NCBI RefSeq assembly: GCF_000143415.4
Contig: NW_003314261.1
Coordinates: 2,863,266 to 2,927,265, forward strand
Length of the DNA: 64,000 bases
Direction: 5' to 3'
DNA from: Selaginella moellendorffii
Taxonomy: Eukaryota; Plantae; Lycopodiophyta
Shown: positions 24,701-38,241 of the stretch, piece by piece
Layout of the letters: every line of letters starts with the position of its first letter
How positions within the stretch are numbered: the stretch's first letter is position 1
Translations under genes and position numbers: made by a program
The notes under the pieces: model-generated
What the model saw: only the letters and a program-made list of their open reading frames with translations
What the model was told of the DNA's origin: nothing
The model's database searches: none

Positions 24701-26960
24701 ATAAAGTGAGGATAAGAGAGAGATTTTATGGTCACTGTGGACAAGGACACCGCAACCGTAAGAGAGGCATTACCTTTATCCAGCTTTTCAGTGGAATGAG
24801 AATCTCTTTAGGATCCGGATCCCAGCGGAGAACAAGGCCCAACAACTTGAGAAGGCATGATAGTCCTCCAGATGGTTGATTTTGCGCAAAAACAGTCTGA
24901 AAGTTCTCAATCGCATCAATAGCCGGTTTTACGAGCACTGCACCCAGTTTAAACAACAAAATCACGGAAAAGGAAAGAGAAATGAGTAACATTTGGACAT
25001 ACTCGAGACCACTGCTGTGTGTAATCCAAGCTCGTCTTTCGTCAGCTGTCCTTCTCGTGCTGAGTCACAAACAGGAAGCCACTCTTCCACAATGGAGGAC
25101 AGGATATGGACGTTAATATGGAAATTCCGTGCCAAAACCATCACAATACCCAGGCTGCATCTTTGCTTACGTATTCGATAGTGAAAACCAAAGCCAGCGA
25201 CAATACCATGCCACTGTGCAGCAACGTCAACGTTGCCTATACAGAATTGTTAAACAGGAAAATAATACTTAACGTGGTTCGAAACATACCTTCCTTTCGT
25301 GGCTTGTAGGCCATGGATACTAGAGCATCAAATGCTTTCTCGACATCTGGAACCGGTGGTCTCAAGAGTAATTTGTTGGAAGGAGCATCTCTGAAGGCGC
25401 AGCTCAAAATTAGATCTAATATCATAAGCTAGCAAACCTGTAAAATCTTTCGCACGAACAAGAAAATCGCAGTTGTATTCCACTGGTCTTCTGTCGTCCC
25501 TTCTCATCCGCTAGCATGTATGACATCAATGGAGTCTTTCCTTGCATAACACCCTGGCTGAGTGCTTGAGACTCGATGTTACTGAAAGAGACAATCACTT
25601 GTCCGAGGAACGGATCTTGATTCCAAGGCGCCACCTGTAAGCAAAAACACTCACTTGAAAATTCACTCTGAAAGTGATGTGAACTTGCCTTCAGGCTCCT
25701 ACTGGAGCTCCTACTCCGAAACACCTTTTTGAGCTTGGATTTTCCAGACGCTCTGAAAGATGACCCCCCTATTTGTCTGTCCCAGACTTCTATAAGCACT
25801 TTGTCCTGCACACTACAGCAATTCAGAGCCCACTTAAACACGAAAATTTTAAAAAATCGCAGGCCACGTCGGTGCCAATGAACAAGAGCAAACTATACAG
25901 AAAAGCATAAAGTACCAACCTGCTTACGGGAATCCACGGCGATGCTGCTTGCCATTCAGCATTCCCGGTACTGGGAACAACGTCAGTTAAAAAAGCAGGA
26001 GTCGGCTCTTTCCCAAGATCACCCGTGCCGAATTTTTCTGATCCAGATCGCATCGGCAAGACAGTGACCGACGAATAAACATGGAGCTGCTTTAAAGCTT
26101 CCCTGCTGCAACTTAAAGGCGACACGCAGCCCACCTCCAATGGCTTAAGATTGTCCACCGAAACCACGTCCACTTGGACAAAGCCAGAGAAAGATGGACG
26201 CTCACCGAGCTTCGCAATCAGCGTGGAAACCTCTTGCATTTGTTGCTGCTTCCAGCGCTCATAAATTTGAGGGTCCTCGAATTGGTCCAGGTTGACGGAC
26301 TGGAGTTGATTGTTTTGCAGCGCGTCCAGCCAAAGCGAGAGCTCTAAAAGCCAAAAACGAATGAGTCTTTGAAAACCATGGATCTGTCTTTCAAGACCTG
26401 CTCGACGATACTGTGCCGCTTTCTGGGCTCGGAGCTTCACGCTGTGGAGCATGGCGCGATCGATCGTCGAAAAGGCGCCAGTCACAGTCTCTGCATCGGC
26501 CAGTCTATCGTCCAGGCTCCTTGCGGGCGACGAGACAGCGAACACGGACCTTAGAACAGCCTCGCAAAGATAAGCGTCCTCGCTGAAATCGTTCACTTCT
26601 TCCTCCTCCTCGTCTCCGCTGAATTGTGATATCTCTTCATCTACACTCACCTACAATCGCAAAGGTTTCTCTGGTCGATTTGAGGAAATCTAGATTCTAG
26701 CTTACCTCCTTCGTCGTAACGATCCCATTCTTCACCGACACCTCCCATTTCCTTCGCGGTGGAGTATACGGCAGCCGCAATGCCGAGGAAGAATCATCCC
26801 CCGGGACCGATATTTCGCAGTCCTCATCGCTGGAAGAGCTCGGGGATTCGAAGCTCCCGTCGAGAATGCAGGAAGACGGAGCAACGAGCCGCTCTGGATC
26901 GCAATCTTTGAGCGATAATCCCCGGACTGGAGTCGTGCGCCTGGAGAGAACAGCCGACAT
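21783..26960 (-). CDS. C2-domain + Munc13-homology (MUN/MHD)-like + GRAM/PH-like protein (about 20 introns)
   Basis: C2-like segments (GFVQVDVVSVDNLKP..DKVLIEVWD..DPFLGQVIV), long helical region with MHD-like SSITAEKWEPLS..LFSFSVV and FFYDYFYGDGQGL, and C-terminal GRAM-like segments (FGLPKEEELVASYSCR..GTLYVTPKHICF; GTLLVTTAYILF). Confidence 0.75.
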
Positions 26961-27694
26961 TCTATCGCGACGACCGCAAGCAGCAAATTCCCTAGGGCAA
27001 AGAGCGATCCTGAGGAGAACAGCCACGAAATCTAGCTAGAACAGCTCCTCGCATCGATCGAGAGCTCATCGAAATCTCGCAAGCACAGGGAATGGCGAGC
27101 AAGATATCCCCAAGAGAAGGAAGAACGCTTCTATCAATCAAAGAAAATGCCAGCAGCGAAACCTACATATCAAGCCTTGAAATCAATCGCACGTTGCCAG
27201 TTAGCCGACGTGGCGCCATCCACCGCGTCCACGCGGGAAAAAGCATTCTCGCATCGGGGCCAATCGACGGGCAGCGATTTTCTCGCATTATCGCCCACTG
27301 TCGGTAGCTTGACGAACGGCTGCGATGATCCGTTCATCTTCCACCAAACTCTCGCTTTCTGGGCTCGCAATTCTCCGATGAAAATTGAGTCCCTGGAACT
27401 ATAAATTCCAAGTCCCCACCGTGAGAAAACTTCGAAAGCTTTGACTGTAAGATCGATTGAGAGGCCTGTTCACACAGAACCATTATGAAATTCTTTGAGC
27501 ACTATTGAAAGCTTACTTTGAAGGAATAGTGCTCAAGAGGCCTTCTGCAAACACCATCAAATCAAAAGAATTATAAAGCTAGAACTTAAGAAAGTACCTG
27601 ACTTTAGCGTGCAAGATCTCCTGAGAAACTTAATCTCTCTCTCCAAATGGAACCAGAATCCTCATCTGTTCTGTTCTAGCGTTGTTGATCCATT

Positions 27695-29043
27695 CTAACT
27701 GCCACCGCCACCTTTAGTTTCATCGTTGTCAGCCTTCTTGGTGTTCTTTCCTTCCGGAGGCCAAGGATGACCACAGACTGGAGCTTTGAGAACAAAGCCT
27801 TCTGGTAGAATGGGACTCACGGGGGCCGGGAGTCGACCGATGGCATCAACCAGTGGCGCGATCTTTGGTTTGGGCCTTGCAGCTCGGGGAAGCAAGCGAC
27901 CTTTCTTCTTAAACCAGAGTGGATCGAGCAGCGCCTTCATTCCAAGCTTGTTGTAGTGAACTTTGCGGACAGTCCCTCCAGCTTGCTCGATCGCGATCTT
28001 AGCAGCCGTAGTGCATCTGCTAACCTGTTTTAAAGACAAACCTTTGTTAGAATGTACCAAGCGAATGAAGTGCGTAATATAGACCTCAATGTGAATAGGA
28101 ATGTCAAAATTCTTGAGACCGCGTCCCAGTAGCAAAACTCCATCCTGAATGTACTTCCCAGAGCAGCGCGTATCCTACAGATCAGAAAGTTTCAGTCGGG
28201 AAGAACAGAAAGTTAAAAAGTAAAATATGTTCGTACGTGAAGTGTCTTCATGGTAATCAGCTTGCCGGGATCGATCTTTCCTTTCAATATATGCTCTTTC
28301 AGCCTCTCCAGCGTCACCTCCTGAACAACAGAACAAAGAAAAATCCATCAAAATCGCGTTTTCTGAGAAAAAGAGTAGAATACGGCAAGTACCTTGAATT
28401 GGAGCTCGAATGGAGACTTGCTCTCGTACTTCTTCGGCAAACGCACGCGTAGAGGAGTCTGTCCACCCTCGAAACCCAACCTCGGTTTGTGCCCTCGTCG
28501 CGCCTTCTGTCCCTTTTGTCCCCTCCCACAAGTCTTCCCCTTCCCCGATCCTATACCCCGTCCAACTCTCTTGACATTCTTCCTCGCGTATGGATTGTCC
28601 GGCAAGTTCCACAGCGGGAGGAATCCGCCCTCTGGAATTTCTATGGGAGCAACTCGTACTTCCTCTTCTTCGCCCTGTGCTTCAATCTCCTCTTCCACTT
28701 CTTCTACTTCTTCTTCCACTATTGTTGCTTCTTCTACCTCTTGCTCACCTCCTTCGATCTGGAGCGCAGCCGCTCCTGCGCGGAGCTTCTTCAGCAATCG
28801 AGGATCCTCCTTGTAAAGATGCCCGAGCGGCTTGTCGCGCTGCCAATGCGGGCGAGGGAAGGAGACGCCGTTGTGCACATCCTCGGGCGCCGCCAGGAAG
28901 AACTGCTCCACGGGCGGCTCAGGCACTGGCGGGCGGCGGCGGGGGCCGATGAGCTTGGGCGGCATGAAGAATGCGGGCAGAGGGACGCCAAACGTGAACC
29001 TCCTCTTCTTCGCCATGCCCGCGATGAGCATCTTGTTCGCCAT
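27695..29043 (-). CDS. RPL15: Mitochondrial-type ribosomal protein uL15 with long N-terminal extension
   Basis: [60 protein letters not shown] and [10 protein letters not shown] motifs. Three short introns. Confidence 0.92.
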
Positions 29044-29054
29044 GGAGGATGCAG

Positions 29055-29070
29055 AACCCTAAACCCTAAA
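29055..29070. promoter_or_regulatory. Telo-box (AAACCCTA) next to the uL15 start codon
   Basis: AACCCTAAACCCTAAA 12 bp upstream of the ATG. Telo-boxes are typical of plant ribosomal-protein genes. The same motif precedes the pseudogene copy (~36695). Confidence 0.7.
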
Positions 29071-29198
29071 ACACAATTTACACAACGCATTGTCCTTTAT
29101 AAAAAACTTACCAAAACATAATGTTCTTTAAAAAAACAATTGTCCTTTAAACAATACCAAACCACCAAACGTATTGTTCGAAAACATATTGTCCTCCT

Positions 29199-32100
29199 CT
29201 AGACGAGCGAAGCCACCGTGGGATGGAGACTCTTCGCGAGCGCCTCAAAGCTCCTGCCTAGCTGCAATTCATCCAAGCTCACCTGGAACACACCCCCGCC
29301 CTCGCAAGCCATCTCCTCCAACACTTCCCTTGACGAAGTGTCACTCCCAAAGATGATTGTGTGAACAACCACCCTCGGCTCCACGCTCTTGATCCTCCTC
29401 ACGAACGCCACCGGATCACTCCCACCATTGTTCTCACCATCGCTCAAGAAGATAATCGCCGGAGGCCTCCTATCCTCCAAAGATCTGTCAAGTATCTCCT
29501 CCGCGAGCTCCAGTCCCAAGGAGTAGACTGTCCCAGCCGACCAGTGGTGCCCGAGCAGCGCATGAACCTCCAACTCCGCCATCGCCACCTTCTCCACAGA
29601 GATCACCGCCGACCCCCCAAACAGCACCACCGACATGGTGTCGCGGATACCAGCCGCCAGCCTCGTCCGGATGAACCTCACCATGGCCTCGTACACGCAT
29701 CCCAGCCGGCAGGGAGGAAAGTTGGCCATGCTCGGCTGCACGTCCCAGGAACTCACAAACACGACGTGGTTCTCTCAGGTGTCCTCGCTCACGTATCCCG
29801 CCACCCCCGAGGTGGAACTCACGGGCGCGTGCCACAGCTTCTCGGTGCAGTAGGATCTCGCCGCCGACTGACCGTCATCGCCAAGGTGCTCAGACGAGGC
29901 ACACGAGTAGGCGCACAGCGCAAACGAGCGCTGGTCCTCGTCCGAGCACGGGTCCTTGAAGCGCATGCTCTTCCAGTAGGCCGCGTGAGTGAGCTCGTCC
30001 TTGGCAACGTCAAAGTTCGGCCCATACTTCTTGCCTGGCACCGTCCGGGATGGAGATCGCCTTGCACACTCCAAAGACGGTGTCGCACACCGCCAAGTGA
30101 ACGTGTCCCCGGCCCCGGGCCTTACAGTGCATCATGCACATCTCCGCAGCACCTGACTCCCCCCAAGAGTATTTCCGGACCTCCTCGGTCTCGGACGCGA
30201 AAAACTTGTCCATCATGTTGCCGTGCGTGGTGTCGTGGAGCCCGCGGTGTCCCCTGGCCAGGTTGCAAAAGTAGCCGCAGCCTTGGCAACGAACCGGGCA
30301 GAAGTGGATGGCACTCGTCGTGTGTACGTGCAGCTAAGCATGGGTATTGTTGAAAGCTCGCAGCATCCTTTTCTCACGCCGTTTTGCTCCAAAACGTGCT
30401 CGTACTCAAACTGCGACCGCTTCCCCACGAACGTCTTCGTCTTCGTCACCACCTCCTCGCAGATCCCCGGCGACTGGCACAGCTCCTGGCACGGGTGCTC
30501 GATCTCGCAAAAGTGCTGAATACCGCTCCTCGTCGAGTGTAAGTGGTCGGCGGTGGCACACTTTCGGTGGCACCCCGGCATGCAGCACGGCATCGGGCAC
30601 ATCTTCTCGTGGGGAGTCTGTGATCGCTCGGTGAGACGCAGATGTTGTCGCAGCCCGGGAGCTGGCAATTTTCCTTGCACATATGCTGCCTTGAGTTGCA
30701 CTTGTGCTCGCCCGGGTGGCCAACTTTCCTGGAGCACACCTTGTTGCAGTTGCTCGACGCGCCGAGGAGCTCGCACTCGTGGTCGCAAGTGTGCATCTTG
30801 AGCTTGCAGTCGTGAGAGCCTTCGTGACCGGCAACGTCCGCGCAGTGGCTCGCGGAGCTCGTCCTTTCCTCCGTGCAGTACGTGCAAAACTCCGAGCACC
30901 GGTGGTTCCCGTTGCAGCTGTGCGATCTCTCGTGAGACTTTTCCAACGAGCACCGGAGGAATCAGCGGGCGCACTTGCAGCTGCACAGCGCCAGGCCCTC
31001 CTTGAGGCCAGAGATCATCGCTGCCGCCTCGAGCACCAGCTTCTGGACGTCGCCTTCAGTGGCAAACGCAGCGGTGTTGGAGCTGATCCACTTTGTGACA
31101 CAGTCCTTGCGTCTCTCGACAAGCTCCGCCAGGAAAAACTCTGCTTTCCTGTGCCACTCATCATCGCTTCTACCGGTCCGCGGCACCACCCTCTCAAACT
31201 CGCCCAGCAGCTGCTCCAGCACAGCTCCAGATAAATCCAAGTCACCATGGCAGGCGAGTCGGAGACCGGCATCGTCAACTCCGAAAGCGAGACCCTCGAT
31301 ACTGAGAACGGCATCTTCGATCGGTTCCTCAGTGTCGAAGTTGACGCGAGGCTTGCACGATCTTGCGACTTTCGTTGGCTGTCTTTATAAATGCGACCAT
31401 GTTGACCTCTTCAATTCTGTCTGCTGAGCGCAAGTTCTTGGCAAGCATGGTCAGCTTGAACGCGATCCGCTTGGAATCAATCGGCGACCAGTCCTTCGAG
31501 CTGATTTGAGCGATTATGAGCTTGAGGTCCAGCAGAAAACTCTTCCCATTCGTGTGAACCGGCCCCAATTCCTCCACGCAGTGAGCAATCTGGGAGATGC
31601 TTTCGTAGAACTCGCAACAGTTGAAAGGTGGCATAGCGCATATCTCCACTTCGCCACCATACATTCTCGTCAGGAAATTCTCCTCCGACTTGCTGCAAAT
31701 CTGCGCTATCTTGGAGTAAAACTCGTGCCTCAGGTCCTCGACGTCTGCTGCGTCCACGTCCTTGATAGCCATGTAGAACAGACCCTTGAAGAGCTTCTCG
31801 TCTTGCTTAACCAAGCTCACTCCTGCCTGGAACCGATCGAACAGAGCCTCGGTTTCCTTATCAAGGTGGAAGTCCTGCACGTCAGCATATCAGAAAGCTC
31901 GAAACAATGAGTCTCACTACAAAACTCACCTTTTTGTTGAAACCTGCTGCATTAAGAATCGAGAATAGCATGTCCTCTTGCTCGCTCCTTTCAAAACTTC
32001 CGAGTCCCTCGAAGTCGAGAATGACATATAAGCAGCCCTCCACCGTGCAAGTGGTCATCCACACACCGTCTGTGCATCGCCCTCCAGCTACGTCCAGCAA

Positions 32101-35100
32101 AGAACCGCTGAGATGATTCAGAAGATACGACTTCCCGCTGCTTTGTTTCCCCATGGAGGAGATAACTTTGACAGGCCCGTTCCAGCTCTGGATGACAGCG
32201 TCGTAGAGTCCAAAGCGAACGATCTCCGCGAGAGAGATAGAGTCCGCGTAGTTGACATCGGTTGCCATTCTCATGCCGTTGATCAGAGGCCGCAAGCTGT
32301 TGTTCTCTGTTCGAGCAATCTGGACGGGAACCAGGCACGAAAGCCTAGAATATCATGATCATTGTAAGCCGTCGCAAGAAATCTCCCAGGCAGCGCCGGC
32401 TCGTCCGGACCTCAAGCTTGCGATCAAAGTGCTCAGCCTCGAACGAGATGTCCACGTTTAGAACCTCCTTCCTTTCTCTCGACGAAGCTTGTCCAGCGCC
32501 ATCTTAGCATGCTTCACGACTTCGGCGTCGATACCGTTGTGGGATCCATTGAGCACTCTGACGAGCATGCGAAATGTAATGCACCTCGGCGACGCTCTGA
32601 GCAGAGGCGGGCTCACTGCGTACTTGTCGAAGATGTGGTAGAGGTAATCGAGCTCGTAGCAAGAGCTCGACGGCTTGGCTGTTTCTTCCGCGGAGCCAAG
32701 CTTGTCGCGGAGGCGAATCTGGCAAGTCTGAGACGCCAAAGTTACGTCCAGCACGACCGACTGGAGGACGTTGTTCTCGTCAAGTATCAGGAGATGCGTT
32801 TGACTTCCAAACAAGACGACCTGTGCTTCGAGCTGATGAGCGCTACTGACACGGATATCCAAAAGCGTCACAGTCTTGATGAGCTCGCAAGTGTCGTCAA
32901 GCCTGTATACTTGAGCTACAAGCGTCTGGAAGTTCGCGGCTTCTGGAATCTCCTCACCTTTGCAAATAGCCACCAGGCAGAGACCATTCGGCGTGACGCA
33001 GGCCTTGAGAAAAGAATCCGGCAACTGGATCGTCCGAGGCTTCATCATTGCTGGTTGAGCGACCTCAAACACCCTCACGCAGCGTGTTGCATCGAACAGC
33101 AGAAGCTCCCTCTGGATGGAACAAAGCGAAGGCCAGTGATGGTGGTGCTGCCGTGATACTTGTCCAACTGTATGTCGACCCCAGACCAGAAGAGCTCACG
33201 GAAGCCATCGGTAAACCGAAAAATCTTTATAGCTGTAACGGACTGTTCGTAGAAAGCAATTGGACGCCTCATCGGAAGCAGCCAAGTCAAACCTCACCTT
33301 TTGAGTAACTTCATGGGCTCCCTCTCAGGAATGCGGATCCTGCTACCAAAACTTTGGCAGAGATAGATCGCCATGCACGACTCCACCACTCCCTTCACGA
33401 AAAGTAGCGCCTGGCCGGACCTGAGAAGGATCACGTTGCTCTACTCTTGGGAGTCGATATCAGCAATCGCCTGGAGCCCCAAACTACTTGGAACGATGAT
33501 ATGGTCGTTCTTGACCGCTTGCGACTCCAGCTCCTTCTTCTGGGGTAGAAACTCCACCACCTTCCAGATTATCCGCTCGCTGTGAATCTGCTGCCTCAGG
33601 AAACTAATGGCGATCTTTGGCGAGTCACTCTTCAGATAGTTGATGATCCCCCAAGAAGAGCCACCTCTTGTTGGCTTGCAGATCTTTGGAAGCGCCTCTT
33701 CGTCCCTCTGTGACAGCTTCGCCTTGTAGATCGAAGCCACGTCCGACTTCTCCTGCTTCAGAGATTCCACCCGAGCTCTATGCAGCGTTTCAAGTTCCAG
33801 CTTCACCTTAGACTTGAGGATATGGAAGAAGCTGCTCTCCACGAAGTCCAGAAATATTCTCATGAACTGCTGCATGCAGCTAGCGCGGATTGAATGCGAC
33901 AACTCGGGTTCCTCCAGTTCCTGGCTTTGGAGTTCCGTAAGCTTCTTGTTGAACTTCACGCTATCGAATTCGTCCAGGCAGTCCGCAAGAATGCATTGCA
34001 GAAGACAATCGTCTGTGACAGCCACCTTGTCCTTCAGAGATGCTGCAAGCTGGACTTTCTTCTTGAGCGCGACTCCCAGTTGTTCCGCACAGAAATCAAG
34101 CCACTGCCTGAAATGGTCTCCTGCCGGATGATTTTTGACACGGTTTTCTTTTCGACAAGGAGATCAAAGTTGTCGGATGAAACAACCTCACGAGCACCGC
34201 CGGAGTTTGTTATGATCTGAGCGTCCACTCGAGAGTGATCCCTCGAGATTACAGTGAAAGTCTCCCCAGAAGTAATAGTCCCGGAAAACCTCTTGCTTTC
34301 TCGAGCAATGACGAAGGATCTGTCATAGCCTTCCACCGCGACTTTCGATCCAATGAACACTTTCTTCTTCTTGTCCGCTGCTAGAACTTCCAGCAGCTTC
34401 GCCTCCATCTCCGAAAGCGCCTTCCCGTCAGCTTCTATGGACTGGCCGTTCCACCCTTCATGATACTTGCTGAAGTCTAGCGAGCTTGTGCAGGCCCGGT
34501 TTTCGCCATCTGCCCGAAGCTTTTCCTCCCACGGACAGACGAGCCTCAGGTAGGCACTCAGACCTCAACCTCCTCCTTTTTGATGTTCGAGAGCTCTTCA
34601 ATGCTAGAAAACTCGCTAGCTGAGGCGCCAATCTTTTCATCCAGAGTTGCCAATGCCTTACACAGCTCCTGACCAACATCCGGCATGGCGCTATCGCAGA
34701 AAAGGATAAAGTCCTCGTCCTTCATCTCCGTGTAGTCGATCTGGACGTCCCCCCAGCTCTTCACGACTTCACCGAGCTTCTCCGGTGCCACGGTCGCGTG
34801 ATCGTGCGAGAAAGACTCCTTCGGGGTGTACTTCTCGGTCTCAAGCAGCCCAGTGCGATAGAAGCCTTCGCTAAGCTTGCGAGGATCGACGCTCCACCTC
34901 CGGCGGGCAATCGAAAGCCTCACCTGACGTTGAAATCGTTGTCGCTCGACTTCACCATGGAAACTTGGAGCCGCTGAGTCCGCTTTCTCTTGCTGCTCGA
35001 CGTGCCAATCGAGGCCATGGACGCGCCACCATTCCCCAGCTCAATGCAGCTATACACCACGTCGCACAGCTCCACCAAGTAGCGTATGAAGTTGCAAGAG

Positions 35101-35620
35101 ATGTCGCTCCTCCTCGCATCCGTGAACTTCTTGCTCGGCTGCCAGTAGAAGATCAAGAACTTGCGGCCGTGCAAGGCACCGTAGAGACCCGCCGGAAGCT
35201 GGTCGGACCTCAGCTTGGCGATGTCCTCCTCAGAGAAGGCGTTCTCTCTCGCAAAAATGTCCACTAGCAAGCCTTTGCTCCCGTAAAAACCCACCGTCTC
35301 CAGCGACACAGCCTCCAAAAGGCTCGTGTCGAGAAACCATCGCTGATCCTCCACCCGAATGGATCCAGGAGCAAGCTTGTTGAAGAGCTGGAAGATCTGG
35401 GACTCCGACAGCAGCACCTTCTCCACAAAGCTCAGGTCTTGCTTGTCTCAATGACATTGAAGAGAGCGCCAGCTTCTTTCGAGGTTGCCGCGGCGCTAGC
35501 AGCAGTAGGAGAAACCACCACCAGATCACGCTCCATGTCGTCTCTTGCGGGTGCATCACGGCCTTGGAGTTCCCCTTCTTCTATGAACTCGAAACCATCG
35601 TCATCGCAGCCTCCATCCAT
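29199..35620 (-). pseudogene. Disabled paralog of the giant GTPase-ZnF-VWA gene
   Basis: Colinear with and highly similar to 46754-53335, including the intron, but broken into more than 10 ORF pieces by frameshifts and indels. The VWA DKSGS motif is deleted. Confidence 0.92.
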
Positions 35621-36066
35621 GGTTCACCTTTCGAGAAGCGATGAGGTCACGCAAGAATAAACGAGATATCAACGCACCTCGGCTCAATGCGGCTTGGAAG
35701 AACGATCAAAAACTGGAAATGCCTCACCAGTTCTTCGATCTTTAACGGGCGATGGCGTCGGGAGTGCGATCGACTTCACTGCGGAGAAACAAAAGCTCAC
35801 CGCCGAAGAGCTGGAGATTTTTAGAAAGAGCAAGACACTAGCTACTAGCGCCGCCTTGGTAAAGACCCTGCATGCAAATTTATGATGGCTGGCAGCGTAG
35901 AGAAAGTTAAAACGCTAGGTAACTAGGCCAGTAGAGTTTACCTCTCGTTCTCAATGGAAAAGACTCCACATTCCACACAGAAAGAGCGAAAAGAACGCAA
36001 AAGTTCAAATCAAACATGAACCACATCAAATGAAAAGAATTATAGAGCTAGAAACTGAATCTCCCC

Positions 36067-36710
36067 TTAAGTCTGATCTCTCCAAATGGAACCACCTTTT
36101 TTAACTGTCACCGCCACCTTTATGTCAGTCTTGTTGGTGTTCTTTCCTTCCGGAGGCCAAGGATGACCACAGACTGGAGCTTTGAGAACAAAGCCTTCTG
36201 GTAGAATGGGACTCACGGGGCGATCAACCAGTGGCGCAATCTTTGGTTTGGGCCTTGCAGCTCGGGGAAGTAAGCTTGAACCAGTGACCGGTGTCGTGAA
36301 CTTTACGAACGGTTGCTCGATTGCGATCTCAGCATCTGCTAACCTATTTCCAAACAAACCAAATCCTTCGTTAGAATGTGCCAAGCGAGTGACTAAGTGC
36401 ATAGGATCCAATATATACTATTTCAGCCTCTCGAGAAGCATAGACAAATCATAAAACTAGAAAAATAGAAAACCTTGGAGCTCGAACGGAGGTACTTCTT
36501 CGGGAAACGAACGCGTAGAGGAGTCTGTCCATCCTCGAAACCCAGCCTCGGTTCGTCGCGCCCTTTGTCCTCGTGCTCACCGCTCCAGCGCGGAGTTTCT
36601 TGCGCAATCGGGGATAGTTGTATTGATGGCTTGTTGGCGGCCATCTCGTTGTGGCGTCGCCCATCTGGCGGGCGCCGGGCAGAGGGATCCTTAGAACCCT
36701 AAACCCCAAA
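36067..36710 (-). pseudogene. Deleted uL15 (RPL15) duplicate
   Basis: Patches near-identical to 27695-29070 ([46 protein letters not shown]) with large deletions. Retains intron and 3' flank sequence. Confidence 0.9.
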
Positions 36711-36938
36711 ACATTGGAGCCCGAACTGTTAGTTCTTTGACTACGTCTGGATGCAAGAAGCAAAGCCGAACATGCACAGGATTGGGGCTATCCTTGCTCA
36801 AGCTCTAGGATATTCTATCACAGGCTGATAGACAATCTCCAGAAGATCATCGCTCAGGGAATATTGGGGTACACTGTTCACTATTGAAAGGTTTGAGATA
36901 ATTGTTTCTTTGCTTGAGAGAGCCGAAGTCAACGGGCG

Positions 36939-38241
36939 ATGGAGAACGAGAAGAAGGTGTGTGTCACCGGCGCTGCTGGCTTCCTGGCATCTTTGAAGCG
37001 GCTCTTGGAGGAGAGATATCACGTTGTCGGGACTGTACGCGAGTCAGGTACGTAGAAATGAGAAGGAAGACAAGAATGCGAATTGATTGTAACTGGAAAT
37101 TGCTTCTCTTGTTGTGATAGAGGAGACTTCCCACCTGTGAAAGCTTCCAGGGGCTAGTGAGAGGCTGGAGCTCAAGAACGCCGACCTTGTCACTGAAGGC
37201 GCCTTTGACGATATTGTCCAAGGCTGCCATGGAGTTTTCCATGTCGCGGCTGCCGTGTCTGTGATCTACAAGAAGGATCCCCAGGTAACTTTGCTTGACC
37301 CCTTCGATTCAGCTCTCTGCAGCTTTGGTCTACAGCTTCTACCTGTTCTTTGGTTCTTCCAGACCGAGATTGTGGATCCATGCCTGCTTGGAACTCTTAA
37401 CGTGCTCAATGCTTGCAAAAGATCCACGACAGTCAAGCGAGTGGTGTGCACGTCATCCGTAGGTGCTGTTCGTGTAAGGGACGGCTTCAAGCCCGATGAC
37501 GTCTTGGATGAATCGGTGTGGAGCTCCCTAGACTACTGCCGTGAGCTTGAGGCAAGTTTCTTATTTCCATAAGCTCATTCTTACAAGATTTTCAAGTCTA
37601 GATGTGGTATCCTCTGGGAAAGACTCTAGCCGAGCAAGCAGCACTCGAGTTTGGGAAAGACAACGGCCTAGATGTGATCACAATCTCTCCCAGCTTAATC
37701 GTTGGAGAACTTCTCTCGTCCAGCGCCACCACAAGTACTGCCGACATTGTCCGAATGCTCAAAGGTAAAGCCTTTCAATCTCGAGAAAAAAAAAGTTCTT
37801 GAGATTCCAAACACCTTGTAGGAGACAAGCGGTGGTTCGATCATGGTGGATACGTCCATCTCGACGACGTTGCTCAAGCTCACCTCCTTGCCTATACAAA
37901 TCCCAACGCTAGTGGAAGATACGTTTGTTCTGCGATCAACATGAGTGCTATCGAGCTCGCCAGCTTCATGTCCAAGCGTTATCCCAAGCTCCCAATCGCC
38001 TCCACCGACGAGTAAGATCACGCAAACAAAAGACTAGTTTTATTTCGTAGCTTTATACTCATGCCTTCGCTTGCCTTCTTGCAGGATCGAGGTTGTCTTT
38101 CCGGCAAATTTCAAGGGATTCAGCTCCAGAAAGCTTCGAGACGATCTTGGGCTCCAATTCAAGTCACTGGAGCAAATGTTTGACGATTGCATTGCGAGCT
38201 TGGATCGCAAAGGCAACACGAACACACTTTCTCCTCCTTGA
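36939..38241 (+). pseudogene. DFR/CCR/TKPR-like NAD(P)H-dependent reductase with premature stop
   Basis: VCVTGAAGFLAS, GCHGVFHVA, GTLNVLNAC..VKRVVCTSS, WYPLGKTLAE and YVHLDDVA..GRYVCS motifs. In-frame TGA at 37138-37140 (HL*KLPGA; normally Trp) and an apparent 2-codon deletion after GFLAS. Confidence 0.85.
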
